Source: Nannocystis bainbridge
GTDB lineage: Bacteria; Myxococcota_A; Polyangia; Nannocystales; Nannocystaceae
Direction: 5' to 3'
DNA length: 64,000 bases
Assembly: GCF_028368995.1 (NCBI RefSeq)
Contig: NZ_JAQNDL010000001.1
Coordinates: 160,001 to 224,000, forward strand
Part shown: one piece after another, positions 59,467 through 64,000 of the stretch
Layout of the letters: the number at the start of each line of letters is the position of its first letter
How positions within the stretch are numbered: position 1 is the first letter of the stretch
Notes under the pieces: model-generated
The model's input: only the letters and a program-made list of their open reading frames with translations
Database searches by the model: none
Told to the model about the DNA's origin: nothing
Translations under genes and position numbers: made by a program

Positions 59467-59659
59467 GGCGAATCCCGAGGCGGCGCGACGGCGTGCGAGC
59501 GGCGCCCACCGCAAGGTTGCGCGAGCCGCCCGACCGACGCAATGGGGACCGCACGGAGGCGGGCTGCCGCGCCCCAAACCGGCGCGGACGGCGACGACCG
59601 GCCCGGGCGCGGCGGCCGGGGCTTGACGACCGCGCGCCTCCGAGGTCAGCCTCGCCGCC

Positions 59660-60994
59660 GTGGCGAGCCTCATCGACCGCGATCGCGCGCACGTCTGGCA
59701 CCCGGCGACGCACTTCGCCGACCTCGACCGCCTGCCGCCGATCGCCGTCGAGCGGGCCCGCGGGTGCTGGCTTTACGAGGCCGGCGGACGGGCGATCCTC
59801 GACGCGATCGCGTCGTGGTGGACGTGCGTGCACGGCCACGGCCACCCGGCGATCGTCGCCGCGGTCCGCGAGCAGGTCGAGCGCCTCGACCACGTGATGT
59901 TCGCCGGCTTCACCCACGAGCCCGCGGTCGCGCTCGCCGAGGCGCTGGTGGCCGCGGCGCCGCCCGGCTACGAGCGGGTGTTCTACGCCGACTGCGGCTC
60001 GGCCGCGATCGAGGTGGCGCTCAAGCTCAGCTTCCAGGCCCGCCAGCAGCGCGGCGAACCCGAGCGCCGCCGCTTCGCCACCCTGCGCAACGGCTACCAC
60101 GGCGAGACCCTCGGCGCGCTGGCCCTCTGCGGCGCCAGCGCTTATCGCGACACGTTCGCGCCGCTGCTGTTCTCGCCGCTCGAGCTGCCGGCCCCGAGCT
60201 TCGCCACGCACGAGCACGCCGACCTGGCGTCCGACCTCGGCCACGACGCGCCCGAGACGGCCGCCGCCGTGGCCGCGCTCGAGGAGCACGCGCACGAGCT
60301 GACGGCGGTGGTGATCGAGCCGCAGGTGCAGTGCGCGGGCCGGATGACGATGACCGGCGCGGGCTTCTACCGCGAGCTGACGCGCGCGGCCCAGCGCCTC
60401 GGGATCCACGTCATCGCCGACGAGATCGCGGTCGGCTTCGGCCGCACGGGTCACATGTTCGCAAGTACATGGTCGGAAGTTCAGCCGGACCTCCTGTGCC
60501 TCAGCAAGGGGCTGGCGGGCATCCTGCCGCTGGCGGCGGTGCTGATCCGCGGCGGCTTCGACGTCGACTTCCGCGGCGCGCCGACCCGCAGCTTCCTCCA
60601 CAGCCACACGTTCACGGCCAACCCGATCGCCTGCGCGGCCGCGATCGCGGGGCTCGAGCTGTTTCGCTCGACCGACCTGCTGGCGCGCCTGCCGGCCCGC
60701 GTCGAGGCGATGGCGGCGCGCCGCCGGGCGGTCGCGGCGGCCTGCCCGGCGGTGGTGGCCCATCGCCAGGCGGGCATGATCGCGGCGCTCGAGGTGGTGC
60801 CGGCGGCCGGCAGCCCGGCGGCGCGCGACGGCCGGATCGGGCTGCTGTTGCGCGAGGCCGCGCTGGCCCAGGGGGTGCTCCTGCGGCCGCTGCACGACAC
60901 GATCTACTGGTTCCCGCCGCTGGTGATCGACGACGACGAGCTCGACCGCCTGGCCGCGGCGACGATCGCGGCCATCCGCGCCGTGGTCGAGTGA
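59660..60994 (+). CDS. bioA: Adenosylmethionine-8-amino-7-oxononanoate transaminase
   Basis: HVWHP, DAIASWW...HGH, DHVMFAGFTHEP, EVALK, YHGET, IADEIAVGFGRTG, SKGL, HSHTFTANP. Confidence 0.92.
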   Translation: MASLIDRDRAHVWHPATHFADLDRLPPIAVERARGCWLYEAGGRAILDAIASWWTCVHGHGHPAIVAAVREQVERLDHVMFAGFTHEPAVALAEALVAAAPPGYERVFYADCGSAAIEVALKLSFQARQQRGEPERRRFATLRNGYHGETLGALALCGASAYRDTFAPLLFSPLELPAPSFATHEHADLASDLGHDAPETAAAVAALEEHAHELTAVVIEPQVQCAGRMTMTGAGFYRELTRAAQRLGIHVIADEIAVGFGRTGHMFASTWSEVQPDLLCLSKGLAGILPLAAVLIRGGFDVDFRGAPTRSFLHSHTFTANPIACAAAIAGLELFRSTDLLARLPARVEAMAARRRAVAAACPAVVAHRQAGMIAALEVVPAAGSPAARDGRIGLLLREAALAQGVLLRPLHDTIYWFPPLVIDDDELDRLAAATIAAIRAVVE

Positions 60995-61016
60995 CGCGGC
61001 GGCGCGGGTTGCGGGT

Positions 61017-62309
61017 ATGATCGCGGCGATGCGGGCTCGCGGACTCGTCGGCGCGGCGCTGCTCGTCGCGTGCAACCCGGTGACGCCGCCCGGGCTGGTG
61101 CTCGACGTCGGCCGCACGTGCGAGGACATCGCGCTCGTGGTCGCCGACCCCGACGTGCTGCCGGGCTGGCGGATCCACGCGGCCGCGATCGCGCGCAGCG
61201 GCGGGGCCGCGACCTGGCTGCTGGCCAGCGAGCACCCGGGCGAGCTGGAGCTGCGACGTGTCCCCGAGGACATCCCCGGCGTCGACCTGACGACCGTCGG
61301 CGCGGCGCACGAGTTCACGCTGGTGCGCGGGCCGAGCGAGGGCCAGATCTGGCTGACGCTCGACGGCGGCGACGGGGCCCAGCTGTGGCGCATCGACGAG
61401 GACGAAGCGGCGGTGTCGGTCGGCCCGCCGCTCGGCGACTTTCCCGGCGACGGGTCGACGGAGTGGTTCTACCGCCTGGTGTTCCTCGGCCAGAGCCCGC
61501 ACTTGCTGGCGCTGCCGCGGCAGACGAAGGCCGGCGAGGTGCCCTTGCACATCGCGGCGGTGACCCCGGCGCTGGCGCTCGGCGAGCGCTGGACGTCGTC
61601 GGCGACGGTGACCTGCCCGCCGCTCAGCGAGCTCAACTGCCCGTTGCTGTGGGAAGATCTGCGCGAGCTCGCGGTGCTCGACGTCGCCGAGCCGGGCAGC
61701 GTCGCCGGGGCCGCGCTGCTGATCTCGATCGCCTCGCTGCCCGACGTGGCGCCCGATCCCGAGAGCCCGCCGGCGATGCTGCAGACGCACATCATCAGCC
61801 TGACCTTGCAGCGCGATCCGGCCACCGAGCGACCGGTGGTGACGCGCCGCGATCACGTGGCCTGGTCGACCGACGGGCCGGTGCTGCCCTCCCCCGCGCA
61901 GATCGCCGCCGATCCGCTCGGGATCTACGTGCTCGCGGGGCTCGTCCCCGGGCCGGAGGGATCGAGCGCCGACGCGACGCCCGCGGACTACCTGTTCCGC
62001 GCCGACCTGCTCGGCCCGGACACGACCGACGAGGGCGGCGTGATCGCGCTGCTCAACAAGGATCTTCACTCGCACCTGCTGCAGCTCGGCAGCCGGGTCG
62101 CTCTCGGCCAGCTGCCGAAGCGGCACTGGTACGTCGCGCCGGTCGAGGGCGCGACCGTCGACGAGGACATCGTCGGCACGCTCGAGGTCGGCGAGCACTC
62201 GTCGCTCCTCCGCGCCGGACGCGGTCAGGTCGTCGTGGTCACCGAGTCGGCGCCGAGCCGTCGCGTCCAGATCGGCTGCGCCGACGATGCGCCGGCCGAG
62301 GACCGCTGA
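61017..62309 (+). CDS. Hypothetical lipoprotein
   Basis: Lipobox LLVAC; beta-rich pattern; GC3-rich codons. Confidence 0.65.
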   Translation: MIAAMRARGLVGAALLVACNPVTPPGLVLDVGRTCEDIALVVADPDVLPGWRIHAAAIARSGGAATWLLASEHPGELELRRVPEDIPGVDLTTVGAAHEFTLVRGPSEGQIWLTLDGGDGAQLWRIDEDEAAVSVGPPLGDFPGDGSTEWFYRLVFLGQSPHLLALPRQTKAGEVPLHIAAVTPALALGERWTSSATVTCPPLSELNCPLLWEDLRELAVLDVAEPGSVAGAALLISIASLPDVAPDPESPPAMLQTHIISLTLQRDPATERPVVTRRDHVAWSTDGPVLPSPAQIAADPLGIYVLAGLVPGPEGSSADATPADYLFRADLLGPDTTDEGGVIALLNKDLHSHLLQLGSRVALGQLPKRHWYVAPVEGATVDEDIVGTLEVGEHSSLLRAGRGQVVVVTESAPSRRVQIGCADDAPAEDR

Positions 62310-62319
62310 ACTGCCTCGA

Positions 62320-62389
62320 TGGTCTCGGAGACATGTCCTCTCGAACATGTCCTTCGCTCCAGGTCCCCGGGGACATGCCCCGAGGACCT
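62320..62389. repeat. Tandem array of the 14-bp palindrome (5 units)
   Basis: tggtc-tcgg-agaca|tgtcc-tctc-gaaca|tgtcc-ttcg-ctcca|ggtcc-ccgg-ggaca|tgccc-cgag-gacct; between convergent genes. Confidence 0.88.
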
Positions 62390-62404
62390 GCGCGGAGCGG
62401 CTGC

Positions 62405-63223
62405 CTACTTGCCGGCCTTGACGCGGGCGTCCGCGCCGTCGGGCTTGTAGAGGCTCTTGAGCGGGATCGCGGACGGGGTGCCGTCCTTGCCCTCGGCCCA
62501 CGAGAGGCCGACCACGATCGGGGCGGCGGTGTGGAACGAGCGCAGCTCGAGCTTGTACTCGCCGGCGTCGAGGCTGACGAGCTCGCAGACCTCGCCGGCC
62601 TCGGTCTTGACGCCGTCGTTGTCGACGATCAGCGTGTCCTCGATGTAGAGCTGGCTGCCGTCGTCGCTCGACGTGCACAGCTTGTACTCGGCGGCGTTGA
62701 CGACGTTGACCGTGCCGGTGAAGCGCAGCGCGACCGGGGCGGCGACGGTCTTCGGCAGGCCGGCGACGGGCGCGGCGGCCGAGGCGTCGAGGCCGTTGGC
62801 GATGAACAGCTTGGACGGCGAGAGACCGGCGAAGTCCGGCAGCTTCTCGGTGGTGGCCGGGATGGTGAAGGCCTCGCCGAGCAGGCCGTTGGGGCTGACG
62901 ACGCGGCCCGGCTTGGGCTTGGCCGGCGCGGGCGTCTCGGGCTCCTCGGCCTTGGGCGGCTTGCTCGCCGCGATGCGCTTGACGACCTTGGGACCGACGG
63001 AGGCGCCGCGCGTGGTGGTGGAGTCGCGGCCCTTGATGGCCGGCTCGCTGCCGTCACCGTCGGCCGGCGTGCTGCTGCCACCGTTGCCGCCGCTGGGCGT
63101 GCCGACGTCGTAGTCCACCTTGCCGGCGTCGGGAGAGTTCGATTGCGGCGCGTTCGCCGAAGAAGAGGCACAACCAGCGAGCAGCCCAAAACTCGCCACC
63201 AGGATCACGGACGTGCGAAGCAT
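62405..63223 (-). CDS. PA14-domain lipoprotein
   Basis: Lipobox LLAGC; RFTG, SDDGSQLYI..TLIVDNDG. Confidence 0.85.
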   Translation of the reverse strand: MLRTSVILVASFGLLAGCASSSANAPQSNSPDAGKVDYDVGTPSGGNGGSSTPADGDGSEPAIKGRDSTTTRGASVGPKVVKRIAASKPPKAEEPETPAPAKPKPGRVVSPNGLLGEAFTIPATTEKLPDFAGLSPSKLFIANGLDASAAAPVAGLPKTVAAPVALRFTGTVNVVNAAEYKLCTSSDDGSQLYIEDTLIVDNDGVKTEAGEVCELVSLDAGEYKLELRSFHTAAPIVVGLSWAEGKDGTPSAIPLKSLYKPDGADARVKAGK

Positions 63224-63523
63224 GAAAATCCTCTGGAGGTCAGAACGTGGCGCCTGTGACGACGCCTTCGGCGCAGGGATTCAGGCGGGTATGGGCCCGC
63301 GAGAACGGGGAGTCTGCGCGCCGGGAGTGTACGGCCCTGTATTGATTCGCGGTGGCGAAAACGTTCGGGGTCCGCGCGACCCCAGCGCCGCAGTGCGACC
63401 TGTGAGCCGCATCACTGCTCTCGTGCTCGGCCAGGAGCCCCGGGTCGAGTATCCACAGTCAGCCATGTCCAGGACGGAGGCAGCCGGGCGCGACCGCGCC
63501 GGACAACGCCGCGGAGGCGGCCG

Positions 63524-64000
63524 ATGACGCAATTCCTGGCGTTCATCCTCCTGATCGGCCCGCTGATCTTCGTGCATGAGCTCGGCCACCTGCTGGCCGC
63601 GAAGCTGGTCGACGTCAAGGTCGTGCGCTTCTCGCTCGGCTTCGGCCCGGCGCTGGTGCGAGTCCAGCTCGGCGAGACCGAGTATCGGATCGCTCCGATC
63701 CCGCTCGGCGGCTACGTGACGCTGCTCGGCCAGTCACCCGACGAACCACTGGCGCCGCACGAGGCCCACCGGGCGCTGCGCAACCGCCCGCTGTGGGCGC
63801 GTTACCTGGTCCTCGGCGCCGGGCCGCTGTTCAACCTGCTGCTGCCGCTGCTGCTCTACTTCACGTTCTACCTCGGGCACACGGTGATCCCGCCGCCGGT
63901 GATCGGCACCGTGCTCGACGACTCGGCCGCGGCCACCAGCGAGCTGCAGTCCGGCGATCGGATCGTCGCCATCGACGGCACCGACATCCGCTCGTGGGGC
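63524..64000 (+). CDS. rseP: RIP metalloprotease RseP, N-terminal part (runs off window)
   Basis: IFVHELGH, FSLGFGP, IPLGGYV, AGPLFN, start of a PDZ domain. Confidence 0.93.
   Translation, partial: MTQFLAFILLIGPLIFVHELGHLLAAKLVDVKVVRFSLGFGPALVRVQLGETEYRIAPIPLGGYVTLLGQSPDEPLAPHEAHRALRNRPLWARYLVLGAGPLFNLLLPLLLYFTFYLGHTVIPPPVIGTVLDDSAAATSELQSGDRIVAIDGTDIRSWG

Overview
Very GC-rich bacterial chromosomal DNA. MYXO-CTERM-type tails, a PAS-STAS protein, FHA/PP2C genes and many Cys-rich lipoproteins point to a myxobacterium, probably Nannocystis-like (inference). Housekeeping genes: rimP-nusA-ylxR-infB (infB partial), dacB, recD2, yebC-ruvC-ruvA (no ruvB), argC-argB-M20 peptidase, bioA and rseP (partial), mixed with signalling and secreted-protein genes. 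I saw no rRNA, tRNA, IS element or CRISPR array. Four things stand out. (1) A highly iterated 14-bp palindrome, TGYYC-N4-GRRCA (best form TGTCC-N4-GGACA), occurs singly and in head-to-tail arrays with 14-bp period. The arrays lie just after many stop codons and also in frame inside genes. (2) An unannotated ~250-nt candidate ncRNA at ~50547-50802 has a sigma54-type promoter, two upstream TGACA/TGTCA dyads, ~22 CUU motifs and a terminal hairpin. (3) Next to it is a MutH-like nuclease-fold gene. (4) Beyond that is an atypical signalling operon: stand-alone H-box protein, sigma54 activator, TPR kinase with a degenerate ATP-binding domain, and a receiver. Its two receiver domains share an unusual insertion. 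All calls were made by eye from motifs; no database searches were run.
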